IMG/VR virus record: IMGVR_UViG_3300028591_000074
Location: 1 to 64,000 of that record
From: a virus
Taxonomy: Duplodnaviria > Caudoviricetes
Length of the DNA: 64,000 bases
Direction: 5' to 3' (one strand)
Shown here: positions 10,216-18,253 of the stretch, piece after piece
Layout of the letters: each line of letters starts with the position of its first letter
How positions within the stretch are numbered: the first letter of the stretch is position 1
Translations under genes and position numbers: made by a program
Notes under the pieces: model-generated
Database searches by the model: none
What the model was told of the DNA's origin: nothing
What the model saw: only the letters and a program-made list of their open reading frames with translations

Positions 10216-10515
10216 CTACATGTTTTTCAACTCTTCTTGTATTTCTGTGTACCTTCTATCAAGAACTTCGCTGATTGCTGATTTCAGCTGCGCACGAGTT
10301 ATATCATCAAGATGGACAAAACTCAATTCGTAGTAATCTGATCCTATAGAGTTATAACAAAATCCACTATCAGTGATTCGATACCACTTGCCAAATTTTT
10401 TCACTTTGCCATACATTTTAGGATACGGATATCCAATACATTTGATCCGCAGATTCCATATTGTATCTATTGAATCCTTCAGATTGTTTGCGTATTCTAA
10501 TCTTTCCTCAGTCAT
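10216..10515 (-). CDS. hypothetical protein
   Basis: ORF track. Confidence 0.7.
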   Translation of the reverse strand: MTEERLEYANNLKDSIDTIWNLRIKCIGYPYPKMYGKVKKFGKWYRITDSGFCYNSIGSDYYELSFVHLDDITRAQLKSAISEVLDRRYTEIQEELKNM

Positions 10516-10575
10516 ATCTATTCCCCTACAAATTTATAATTGACACTTACATATATCATAACGATTTAGTAAACT

Positions 10576-10606
10576 AAAAATCCGGCACAGGCGATTCTGT
10601 GCCGGA
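10576..10606 (-). terminator. intrinsic terminator
   Basis: TCCGGCACAG/CTGTGCCGGA hairpin + T-tract. Confidence 0.8.
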
Positions 10607-10758
10607 CATATTAAGTTAGTATATCTCAAATGCCTTGGTTTTCGGCATTGGATATCAAAATTACTTCTTATCTTTCTTTCCATCATCTTAAACAGATTGC
10701 AATTTATCTGTTTCCTTTAGATATATCTGATTCTGTTACTGTATACGTTTATGCACTA

Positions 10759-11049
10759 CTATCTGCCTTTAACATATCCATCGTCATCAATGTTATCAAC
10801 TAACGTAGTACCTCTAGCACTGTAACTTAATAATATAGTTTCGATCTTGTACCCACCATTTTTCTTAGCATACTGAACAGCTGCAAGCCATGCACCTTCG
10901 CTAGTATCATAGTCATGATCATCAAACACAGCTAAGATATACCCAGCACGATCAAACACAATATAGTTGGTTGTAGTAGTATCGCCAATATAAAACGAAT
11001 ACTTATCAACTAAATCCCTTTCTGCACTAGATTTTACATATTTCTTCAT
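10759..11049 (-). CDS. hypothetical protein with MKKYVKSS motif
   Basis: Start moved to 11049 behind GGAGG SD. Confidence 0.75.
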   Translation of the reverse strand: MKKYVKSSAERDLVDKYSFYIGDTTTTNYIVFDRAGYILAVFDDHDYDTSEGAWLAAVQYAKKNGGYKIETILLSYSARGTTLVDNIDDDGYVKGR

Positions 11050-11186
11050 TTCTTTTTCTCCTCCCATCCGCTTAACCGGATAGCAATACCTTGTTTCTGT
11101 GCTTTCTTCTTAGCATCTTTACCATAGTATATCTTTCCGGTTTTACCCCATCGGTATCCACCGGATTTTGTTTTGTGTACTGGCAT
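11046..11186 (-). CDS. small basic protein (46 aa, MPVHKTKSGGYRWGKTGKIY...)
   Basis: Below ORF-track cutoff; GAGGT SD, coupled to next ORF (ATGA overlap). Confidence 0.7.
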   Translation of the reverse strand: MPVHKTKSGGYRWGKTGKIYYGKDAKKKAQKQGIAIRLSGWEEKKK

Positions 11187-11202
11187 AGTTGTTTACCTCA
11201 AA

Positions 11203-11523
11203 TCAATAAGATATTGTATCCACATACTCGCCACATTCCGGACATCGACCATCCTCTTCAAGAGGTATAGCACATCTTGGACAAAATGTTTGTCGATCAG
11301 AATCTTTCGGAAGTATGCTGGATCTATCATTAGCAATCTGTGCGTTTACAGATGTCACATAATAATGTGGATACATCTCTCTGGCCCGGTACTTTGCATT
11401 ATTACAAGCTTTGGCTTCAGTATCGGCAGTTGTTTCTATGTATGTTTCCAAGAAATCTTGATGTTCATAATCTGCAAGTCTTACAGTACATAAATAAGTT
11501 GCGGATCTTATGTATCTCTTCAT
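11203..11523 (-). CDS. hypothetical protein, MKRYIRSA motif and C-terminal Zn ribbon
   Basis: CPRC...CPEC; GAGGTG SD. Confidence 0.75.
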   Translation of the reverse strand: MKRYIRSATYLCTVRLADYEHQDFLETYIETTADTEAKACNNAKYRAREMYPHYYVTSVNAQIANDRSSILPKDSDRQTFCPRCAIPLEEDGRCPECGEYVDTISY

Positions 11524-11531
11524 AAAACACC

Positions 11532-11848
11532 TCACTCAAAATTCGCCCTAAAATGTACATAAAATACATCATCTACACAATCATTTTCTGCATCTACCAT
11601 ATAGATGTCTTTTAAATCCGGTATATACTGCACACAATCTTCTACGAAGTTTGATAAATCCTGGAAGTAATCTTCCCAATCGCCATTCCCGTTTAATCCC
11701 CCCATAGGGAAAATTCTACAAAGGTTTTACCGAAGCGTTCTACTTCATTAAAAGATAGATTTGTGTCAGGATAATCTCTTTTAGATAAAACGGTGTTTAT
11801 ATCAGATTCAAAATTATTTTCTTTTGAACATTTTATGTAGCGTTTCAT
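11532..11848 (-). pseudogene. MKRYIKCS-motif gene frameshifted at a G6 tract
   Basis: Frame stops at 11693 but coding continues (GLNGNGDWEDYF...) to 11532 if one G is added at 11698-11703. Confidence 0.65.
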
Positions 11849-11881
11849 ATCAATCCTCCGGATTGTACAATTCATAGATTA

Positions 11882-12172
11882 TTATCGTTTCTCTAAAACT
11901 AAAATATCATCTGAGTATATGCCAATTTGATGCAAATTTCCTGAATTATCAAAATAATGTAAAAAGAACAAATCATCAGAATATGTAGGTCTACTTACCC
12001 AACCAAATCCACCAAAACACTTATCATCAACACAAACATTGTACTTTACGGTATCATAACTATCGGACTGATACTTTCTCTTATCACTAATACTCATTCT
12101 AAAATATCTATAAACAGTTTTGGTTAAGGTATCAGTACCTTCATATTCAGATGCTCTCACATATAACTTCAT
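11882..12172 (-). CDS. hypothetical protein with MKLYVRAS motif
   Basis: ORF track, AAGGAG SD. Confidence 0.75.
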   Translation of the reverse strand: MKLYVRASEYEGTDTLTKTVYRYFRMSISDKRKYQSDSYDTVKYNVCVDDKCFGGFGWVSRPTYSDDLFFLHYFDNSGNLHQIGIYSDDILVLEKR

Positions 12173-12193
12173 AATTTAATTCTCCTTAATCTA

Positions 12194-12466
12194 TTATGAA
12201 TCGTTTGTCTGGATATTACCATCATACTTACTGAGTATCCCACGCAAAATCTCGGCATGATTCAATTCATCAGATATTATCTCTCGGATATGATCTATCG
12301 ATTCTCGATCATTATGTAGTTCAAAGAATGGAATCAACTTACCATATCCTTATATAGCATCCCACCCTCCTTGCAGATTCAATGCAATCTGAGATGCCGT
12401 GGTAAACTTATTGTCATTATCTAATACTATTGCAATATTAAAAGACGATTTAATATATCGTTTCAT
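12194..12466 (-). pseudogene. ferritin-like small protein (MKRYIKSS motif) with internal TAA
   Basis: ...WDAI*GY...IISDELNHAEIL...; in-frame TAA at 12350-12352. Confidence 0.65.
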
Positions 12467-12578
12467 AAAATATACCGAAACCCTTCTAAATGATTGTAAG
12501 CAGACTTATATTTATATTAAAGGTTTTCTAAATATTATAACGAAAAGTCGGTAGCAATTATACTACCGACTTAAATGT

Positions 12579-13142
12579 TTAATCCTTATCACCTAAAATA
12601 GATTCCAAATGATTGATAATTGTTTCGGATGAATGTCCGTTACGTTTTGCATCTTCTATATATCCACGAATATTCATCAATGTCGAAAAATCTCGTAAGA
12701 TTTCCTGCAAGGTTTTATATTGACAGCAAATATTATTATATCTGACATAATCATCCGGTTGATATTGTTTACAAACTTCATAAATAGGTATATCAGACAT
12801 AGTATCAGATTCCTTTTTGATATATTCCTGTGGTTTTACCATATCATTGAACTCGACAGAAATTATCTTATTGGATAATTCAGATTTAATCTGTTCCCGA
12901 ATTTCATCCTTTAAACTAAAGTTGTACTTAAGATATCTTTCAACCCATTCACCAATATAACTACCTGATGATGTCTGTGAATCAAGGTGCTTAAATACCT
13001 GTTCAATAGCACGTTCAACTTTATTTGTGATTTCCTTTTCTACTATATCCTTGATTGATTTTTGGTTCAACCCTGCATCTGCTAAAAGTTGACTAATTTG
13101 TAATCTCAATTCCCGTTTTTCTTCATTATACATTTTCATCAC
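12579..13142 (-). CDS. hypothetical protein
   Basis: ORF track; terminator hairpin 12545-12572 downstream. Confidence 0.7.
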   Translation of the reverse strand: MMKMYNEEKRELRLQISQLLADAGLNQKSIKDIVEKEITNKVERAIEQVFKHLDSQTSSGSYIGEWVERYLKYNFSLKDEIREQIKSELSNKIISVEFNDMVKPQEYIKKESDTMSDIPIYEVCKQYQPDDYVRYNNICCQYKTLQEILRDFSTLMNIRGYIEDAKRNGHSSETIINHLESILGDKD

Positions 13143-13199
13143 CTACCAATTCTTTATAAACTTTGAGAAATTCGTTTTAAATGATTTTATAACGAATTT

Positions 13200-13637
13200 C
13201 TAATCATCACTAATTATTAGCCAACAAAACTCACCAAGATGCGATGAAAGTTCTGAATCAATATTATGACCACCAACGGTGAACTGTTCAAGATCAAGTC
13301 CAGTAATAGTCCATTCGGAATATCCTACATAATCAAGTTGAAGTTTCAATTCACCAGATATATCTGAACAACCTCCAAAGGTTTTAAACAAAAATTCTGT
13401 TTGAACTTGATCCAAAGTACATTCTTTGTCTGAATAGAAGATAGAAACTGCGATTTTCGGCAGATAAGTTATTTTCTGTCCAAGTCCTTTGTTATACCGC
13501 TGATATCCGAAAGTTTTCTGAATGGAATCCGGTATGGATTCTATCCTATAACTAGGATCATCATCATGTTCCGCTAAACCTATAACATCATCGCAATCTT
13601 TATGTAGCCAACCATGCAATTCTAATCTCATTTTCAA
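13200..13637 (-). CDS. hypothetical protein
   Basis: ORF track, AGGAGG SD. Confidence 0.7.
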   Translation of the reverse strand: MKMRLELHGWLHKDCDDVIGLAEHDDDPSYRIESIPDSIQKTFGYQRYNKGLGQKITYLPKIAVSIFYSDKECTLDQVQTEFLFKTFGGCSDISGELKLQLDYVGYSEWTITGLDLEQFTVGGHNIDSELSSHLGEFCWLIISDD

Positions 13638-13744
13638 TTTCCTCCTACAGTTTATAACGATTTATCAAATTAAAAAATCAGCATACCAAATATGGTATGC
13701 TGATTATATAATTATACTTAAATCAAACTACAAACCGCATCAAC

Positions 13745-14719
13745 TTATTCATCATAATCATCTATCAGATAGCCATTCTCAGATGCATCATCATAGACTG
13801 AATAAAGGTATTCTCGTTCATAGATATCTGGATCAAGAGCCTGAGAAAACTTATACATTACATACATAGCAACCTTACGATCTAAATCATCACTTTCGAT
13901 GAATTCTGCTTTCGTATATGGCATACTACTAATGAATCCCGGATGACTTCCAAACTTATTTTCTGTATAATCAAAGAATGTGTCATCAATTTCAGATTCC
14001 ATAATTTCTACAATATTAGAAGGAACATCAAAACTGAAATCAATCCAATCAGTACTATAATTGTAGAATTGTGGGCTTTCAAACTTATCTACAGTCAGAT
14101 TGCTATATGGAATTCCAATATCGTCTAATGCTTCCTTGATATAATCATAGGCTTTATCCACCATCAACTGCTTGAACTCATCCCACATATCTTCATCGAC
14201 TTCATATTGAAATTCGGTACCATAAGTATCTGGAATGATAATCGGGCAAATATCAGTATTCAGATGTATTCTTACAGAACCACCATTAGAATCTGCGCAA
14301 ATATCTGTAGAAGATTCAATAGAATCTGACGTAATCATATCATAAAATGGCTGCCAATATCTAAGTAATTTATCAACACAGGAATCTACGTCATTCGGAT
14401 CAATTTCAATTTCTGTATCGATAACCTTATCAGTTCCAACTTCTACTGGAAGTTTCCAATCACTGTAATTATCTGGCAGCCCATATTTACCATAATCCGG
14501 TGCAACTGCAACCTTACCCATCAATGTACCATCTACCCAGGAAAATACTGCACCATAAACATCACCAAGATACTTACCTAAATAAGCATAATATGTATCA
14601 CCGAATTTAGGGTTTTCACCAGTCCCAATAGCACTATCAATGCAACTATATAGTCTATCCCTGATGACATTTGGGATAGAATTGCACAGTACTTTTGTAG
14701 TTTTAATATATCTTTTCAT
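13745..14719 (-). CDS. acidic two-domain protein with MKRYIKTT motif (putative virion protein)
   Basis: AGGAG SD, AACCTTTAAT upstream, terminator 13673-13704 downstream. Confidence 0.8.
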   Translation of the reverse strand: MKRYIKTTKVLCNSIPNVIRDRLYSCIDSAIGTGENPKFGDTYYAYLGKYLGDVYGAVFSWVDGTLMGKVAVAPDYGKYGLPDNYSDWKLPVEVGTDKVIDTEIEIDPNDVDSCVDKLLRYWQPFYDMITSDSIESSTDICADSNGGSVRIHLNTDICPIIIPDTYGTEFQYEVDEDMWDEFKQLMVDKAYDYIKEALDDIGIPYSNLTVDKFESPQFYNYSTDWIDFSFDVPSNIVEIMESEIDDTFFDYTENKFGSHPGFISSMPYTKAEFIESDDLDRKVAMYVMYKFSQALDPDIYEREYLYSVYDDASENGYLIDDYDE

Positions 14720-14763
14720 AAACAGTCTCCTATAAATGAGTTATATAGATATTAAAGGTTAAG

Positions 14764-14964
14764 TCAATCACAGGAACTCCCCTCATAATACTCACACATA
14801 TATTTACCATCCATCTCATATACAGTACAACTGTATACACCATACCCACAAAGTTGTGAATCAGTAAATATCTTTTTCTTATCTTCGGGAGTCACGTACC
14901 CGCGATTCTCCATAGCATGATCGTAAATTTCCTTACTGATTTCTTTATGGCAACAATTCAACAT
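14764..14964 (-). CDS. hypothetical protein
   Basis: start MLNCC behind GGGGG SD. Confidence 0.65.
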   Translation of the reverse strand: MLNCCHKEISKEIYDHAMENRGYVTPEDKKKIFTDSQLCGYGVYSCTVYEMDGKYMCEYYEGSSCD

Positions 14965-14977
14965 ATTTATTCCCCCC

Positions 14978-15208
14978 TTATAGATCACTGTTTAACATAC
15001 CATGTTCTTTCAACATACGAATTGCTTCTGAAATCATGACTTCCTGCAAATCTGTAGCAAGATAGGTAATAAATGTACCTGACGCATCCGTATGTAAGGT
15101 ATACCTACCATCAATGAGTACACCAGCTTCACCAAGTACGGACATAATCGGTACAATCGGTGTTGTTATTTTAATTTTCAGTTTTCGCGTCCTGAAGAAC
15201 ATATCCAT
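14978..15208 (-). CDS. hypothetical protein
   Basis: start MDMFF behind GAGGTG SD. Confidence 0.65.
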   Translation of the reverse strand: MDMFFRTRKLKIKITTPIVPIMSVLGEAGVLIDGRYTLHTDASGTFITYLATDLQEVMISEAIRMLKEHGMLNSDL

Positions 15209-15212
15209 GAAC

Positions 15213-15587
15213 TCACCTCGTCTCCGGATAAAATCCCATAATTGCATAATACCGATTCTTATATCTTTCATGAACTGATCTACTTGCATACATCTTATAG
15301 TAGTCATACATATCTTCCGGCAGAGCATCAATAGAATCCACTTCCGGAATCTCTTCAATGTCACCATGGTACTTGAGATAACCTCTGCCAGTTCTTTGTA
15401 CACGAAGATCCTGCCTATAAATATTCCACATAGTTGCAGGAATAGACCAATCCATATCATCAATATATCCTACTGACTTTAATACATCCCGAATGAACTG
15501 GTTTGTTGTGTTAAGTTCCTTGCGAATATCTTTAATAGATACCCCATCTTCAAACAATTCAATGATTCGTCTTTCTTTCTCATACAT
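15213..15587 (-). CDS. putative HTH DNA-binding protein
   Basis: start MYEKERR behind AAGGAGG; GVSIKDIRKELN HTH-like. Confidence 0.6.
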   Translation of the reverse strand: MYEKERRIIELFEDGVSIKDIRKELNTTNQFIRDVLKSVGYIDDMDWSIPATMWNIYRQDLRVQRTGRGYLKYHGDIEEIPEVDSIDALPEDMYDYYKMYASRSVHERYKNRYYAIMGFYPETR

Positions 15588-15690
15588 AATACTATCCTCC
15601 TTGAAATGGAATTTATTGTAACTACATAGTATCATACATACTGTGACAAATTTGTAAATATAAAATTTATAAATAGGAGAACTTTGTACA

Positions 15691-16059
15691 TTAAAATGTA
15701 AGTGCATCCTTGATAGACTGCAGCTTGTTCCGGTAAGTATCACGATCATGCTCAATTTCAGCGATAATCTGTTTCAACCGGAATACTTCATTTCTATATT
15801 CGTTTGCAAGGTTCTGATTATAATTCCGGCTATCTGTCATAACCTGCAAATCCTTGCTAACATCTGCCAATGTCCTTTCAAGTTCTTCTGCATGTTTCCT
15901 ACGAACATTTGCATACCGGATAATGCCGCCATCGCGTTTCCACTTGGCACACCACTTATCCTTGTCAAGATCACTCTCCATATATTGAGATTCAATTTCC
16001 TTGTACTCTTCAGCAGTAGGATCAAACCCTGTTCTCTCGATAAATTCACTTCTCATCAT
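15691..16059 (-). CDS. hypothetical coiled-coil protein
   Basis: ORF track, GGAGG SD. Confidence 0.75.
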   Translation of the reverse strand: MMRSEFIERTGFDPTAEEYKEIESQYMESDLDKDKWCAKWKRDGGIIRYANVRRKHAEELERTLADVSKDLQVMTDSRNYNQNLANEYRNEVFRLKQIIAEIEHDRDTYRNKLQSIKDALTF

Positions 16060-16073
16060 AGTAGTAACCCTCC

Positions 16074-16223
16074 TTATACATTATAAACTCTACAATTATC
16101 AGGATTAGCAATCCACTTGCCAATTCTCGGATTTTCAATTACCAGATATCCATCGGGTCTAACTTCACGGACAATTGCCAAATAATCCATGTTTATCACA
16201 TACATACCTACTGAAAACTTCAT
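16074..16223 (-). CDS. small hypothetical protein (49 aa)
   Basis: GGAGG SD, MKFSVGMYV...; TTGACA-17-TATACT promoter upstream. Confidence 0.6.
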   Translation of the reverse strand: MKFSVGMYVINMDYLAIVREVRPDGYLVIENPRIGKWIANPDNCRVYNV

Positions 16224-16312
16224 AATGTTTACCTCCATATTGTGTTTTCCTCTATCTGTATATAAGTATATACTATAATATCACATATGTCAACATATTT
16301 TTTATAAAATAT

Positions 16313-16350
16313 AAAAAAAATCTGTGATGATATACAACCATCACAGATTC
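16313..16350 (-). terminator. terminator ending tRNA array
   Basis: AATCTGTGATG/CATCACAGATT hairpin + T-tract. Confidence 0.85.
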
Positions 16351-16354
16351 TTAC

Positions 16355-16443
16355 CGCCTACGGACAGACTCGAACTGCCACACCGGATTTCCGATTACTC
16401 AGAGATTAGCAATCTCCTGCCTTCCCATTAGGCTTACATAGGC
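16355..16443 (-). tRNA. tRNA-Ser(GCT)
   Basis: GGAGA-TTGCTAA-TCTCT arm, long variable arm. Confidence 0.9.
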
Positions 16444-16450
16444 AATATAG

Positions 16451-16539
16451 TGGGCCGGGTAGGATTCGGACCTACAATGTTTACCACATGGGTGACGGAT
16501 TTACAGTCCGCTGACTTCACCAATTTGTCGCACCGACCC
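16451..16539 (-). tRNA. tRNA-Tyr(GTA)
   Basis: GCGGA-CTGTAAA-TCCGT arm. Confidence 0.9.
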
Positions 16540-16544
16540 ATAAT

Positions 16545-16631
16545 CGCCGTGGCAGAGAATCGAACTCTGGCTTCCATAACAAGGAAGGACTGTTTTCAGG
16601 ACAGTGTAGTGAGCCAACCACAATCCACGGC
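16545..16631 (-). tRNA. tRNA-Ser(TGA), atypical (C33, A8)
   Basis: ACTGT-CCTGAAA-ACAGT arm, long variable arm, G73. Confidence 0.75.
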
Positions 16632-16656
16632 ATTTATACAACTTATTTTGAGAAAT

Positions 16657-16728
16657 GGTGACTACTGGGAATCGAACCCAGATCAATGGAATCACAATCC
16701 ACTGTATTAACCATTGTACTATAGTCAC
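16657..16728 (-). tRNA. tRNA-His(GTG)
   Basis: GTGGA-TTGTGAT-TCCAT arm; C73; no encoded G-1. Confidence 0.9.
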
Positions 16729-16730
16729 AG

Positions 16731-16804
16731 TAGTCGCAGTGGGAATCGAACCCTACATCTCCGGATTGAAAGCCCGGTGTCGTAAACCATTTGACTATGC
16801 GACC
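16731..16804 (-). tRNA. tRNA-Glu(TTC)
   Basis: CCGGG-CTTTCAA-TCCGG arm. Confidence 0.9.
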
Positions 16805-16811
16805 ATTATGA

Positions 16812-17036
16812 TTAAATTGATTTCCTTATGATAATATCATCTATTGCTACACCAAAGGCATCAGCAAGGATTACCATGTTATCTATGGTTGGCATGGAAT
16901 CACCACGGAACCACTTGAATATTGCCTGCGGAGTACCGAACCCGAAGATACCTTGAACATCAGATGTTTTCATATTCTTAGACTTCATGATATTCTTTAT
17001 ATTTGTTCCAGTTGCTACTGTATCTATTACCATCAT
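16812..17036 (-). CDS. XRE-family HTH transcriptional regulator
   Basis: TPQAIFKWFRGDSMPTIDNMVILA; start at 17036 behind AAAGGGG. Confidence 0.85.
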   Translation of the reverse strand: MMVIDTVATGTNIKNIMKSKNMKTSDVQGIFGFGTPQAIFKWFRGDSMPTIDNMVILADAFGVAIDDIIIRKSI

Positions 17037-17066
17037 GATGCTATATCCCCTTTCAGTAATTTTGAG

Positions 17067-17142
17067 TACCCACGATGGGATTTGAACCCACACCATATAC
17101 ATACTTTAAATATGTTGCTTCTTCCTATTGCGCTACGTGGGC
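17067..17142 (-). tRNA. tRNA-Leu(TAA), short variable arm
   Basis: ACATA-TTTAAAG-TATGT arm, A73. Confidence 0.8.
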
Positions 17143-17147
17143 AGATA

Positions 17148-17236
17148 TGCCGGATAAGGGACTCGAACCCTTATGAGAGTTTTATACCTCAGTAGATTTT
17201 GAATCTACCATGTCTAACCAATTTCATCAATCCGGC
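17148..17236 (-). tRNA. tRNA-Leu(CAA)
   Basis: GTAGA-TTCAAAA-TCTAC arm, long variable arm. Confidence 0.9.
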
Positions 17237-17242
17237 AAATAG

Positions 17243-17317
17243 TACCCCCGGCAGGAATCGAACCTGCATATCTACTGATCCTAAGTCAGTCGCCTTTACC
17301 AGTTTGACCACGAGGGC
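17243..17317 (-). tRNA. tRNA-Leu(TAG), short variable arm
   Basis: ACTGA-CTTAGGA-TCAGT arm. Confidence 0.88.
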
Positions 17318-17321
17318 ATAG

Positions 17322-17359
17322 AAAAAGACCATCTATACGCTGTGTACAGATGGTCTTTT
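17322..17359 (-). terminator. attenuator terminator A
   Basis: AAAGACCATCTGTAC-ACAGC-GTATAGATGGTCTTTTT. Confidence 0.85.
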
Positions 17360-17395
17360 AGTTCTTCTGAAGAGTATATTTCAATAGATGAACTA

Positions 17396-17497
17396 TCAAA
17401 TCTTACCATTATCTGCACACGCAAATTGGAAAGCCAATGATGAATAGAGGCTTTCGGAAAGTTCGCTATGCAGATATAATGATCTGAATGTAGTCAT
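17396..17497 (-). CDS. leader peptide A (MTTFRSLYLHSELSESLYSSLAFQFACADNGKI)
   Basis: AAAGGGG SD; 16-residue run only of S/L/Y/H/E; followed by terminator. Confidence 0.85.
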   Translation of the reverse strand: MTTFRSLYLHSELSESLYSSLAFQFACADNGKI

Positions 17498-17525
17498 CGC
17501 TGTTACCCCTTTATTTGATAATTCG

Positions 17526-17554
17526 ATTATAATATAAATTCTTATAAATTGCAA
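17526..17554 (-). promoter_or_regulatory. sigma-A type promoter for tRNA block A
   Basis: TTGCAA-17-TATAAT. Confidence 0.75.
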
Positions 17555-17573
17555 CTATACTATTGGTATATTT

Positions 17574-17611
17574 CAAGTTAGTTGCAAGTTAGTTGCAAGT
17601 TAGTTGCAAGT
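17574..17611. repeat. 11-bp tandem repeat (CAAGTTAGTTG) x3.4
   Basis: direct reading. Confidence 0.9.
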
Positions 17612-17684
17612 ACAGACGGAGAGATTCGAACTCTCAACCAAAGGCTTAGAAGACCTTTGCGCTGATCCATTGCGCCACGCCTGT
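17611..17684 (-). tRNA. tRNA-Arg(TCT)
   Basis: AAGGT-CTTCTAA-GCCTT arm. Confidence 0.9.
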
Positions 17685-17690
17685 ATGAAT

Positions 17691-17762
17691 CTCCCACGGC
17701 AGGACTCGAACCTGCAACCACTCGGTTAACAGCCGATTTCTCAACCATTGAGATACGTGGGA
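17691..17762 (-). tRNA. tRNA-Asn(GTT)
   Basis: TCGG-CTGTTAA-CCGA arm. Confidence 0.9.
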
Positions 17763-17767
17763 ATACA

Positions 17768-17837
17768 AGTACCGCATCAGAGTTGAACTGATCTCTATAG
17801 TTTTGCAGACTACATGCTTCCCGGAAGCAGACGGTAC
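17768..17837 (-). tRNA. tRNA-Cys(GCA)
   Basis: GTAGT-CTGCAAA-ACTAT arm, U73, short D loop. Confidence 0.82.
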
Positions 17838-17844
17838 ATTATAT

Positions 17845-17915
17845 CAGCCGATTCTGGAATTGAACCAAAATCTGATGAGTCAGAATCATCTGTGTTACCA
17901 TTACACCAATCGGCC
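17845..17915 (-). tRNA. tRNA-Gln(CTG)
   Basis: GATGA-TTCTGAC-TCATC arm. Confidence 0.9.
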
Positions 17916-17954
17916 ATGCAACTTATTTGTCCAACACGTACAGACAAGTTATAG

Positions 17955-18025
17955 CAGGTCCTGCACGTTTCGAGCGCACACCATCAAGGTTGGAGCTTGA
18001 TATGCTACCATTACACCAAGGACCC
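17955..18025 (-). tRNA. tRNA-Trp(CCA)
   Basis: TCAAG-CTCCAAC-CTTGA arm; T-loop CTCGAAA. Confidence 0.85.
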
Positions 18026-18033
18026 GGAGAAAG

Positions 18034-18106
18034 TGGATGTGGAGAGGTTTGAACTCTCGGCTTGATGCTTAAGAGGCAACTGCTCTTCCAACTGAGCTAC
18101 ACATCC
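18034..18106 (-). tRNA. tRNA-Lys(CTT)
   Basis: TGC-CTCTTAA-GCA arm. Confidence 0.88.
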
Positions 18107-18112
18107 ATATAC

Positions 18113-18173
18113 AGGACGCATTTTGGTTTCAATGATTAAAAGTCATTTCCAAAAGATTTGCTGTATGCGTCCC
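18113..18173 (-). ncRNA. armless tRNA-Lys(TTT)-like hairpin
   Basis: GGACGCA/TGCGTCC closing stem, TTTTGG/CCAAAA, AATGA-CTTTTAA-TCATT anticodon-like arm; no D/T arms. Confidence 0.55.
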
Positions 18174-18176
18174 AAA

Positions 18177-18248
18177 TGGGTGTGACAAGATTCGAACTTG
18201 CGGTATACAGGTTAAAAGCCTGTTGCCATACCACTTGGCTACACACCC
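18177..18248 (-). tRNA. tRNA-Lys(TTT)
   Basis: ACAGG-CTTTTAA-CCTGT arm. Confidence 0.9.
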
Positions 18249-18253
18249 AAAAA

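Noticed and set aside
12350-12352. Stop-codon reassignment
   Set aside because: Single TAA case; long genes are intact in the standard code, end in all three stops, and no suppressor tRNA is present.
16545-16631. Selenocysteine or suppressor tRNA
   Set aside because: Anticodon reads TGA (Ser), not TCA; acceptor stem is 7 bp.
17574-17611. CRISPR array, given the Cas4-like gene at 43869-44645
   Set aside because: 11-bp tandem units without spacers; solo Cas4-like nucleases are common in phage replication modules.
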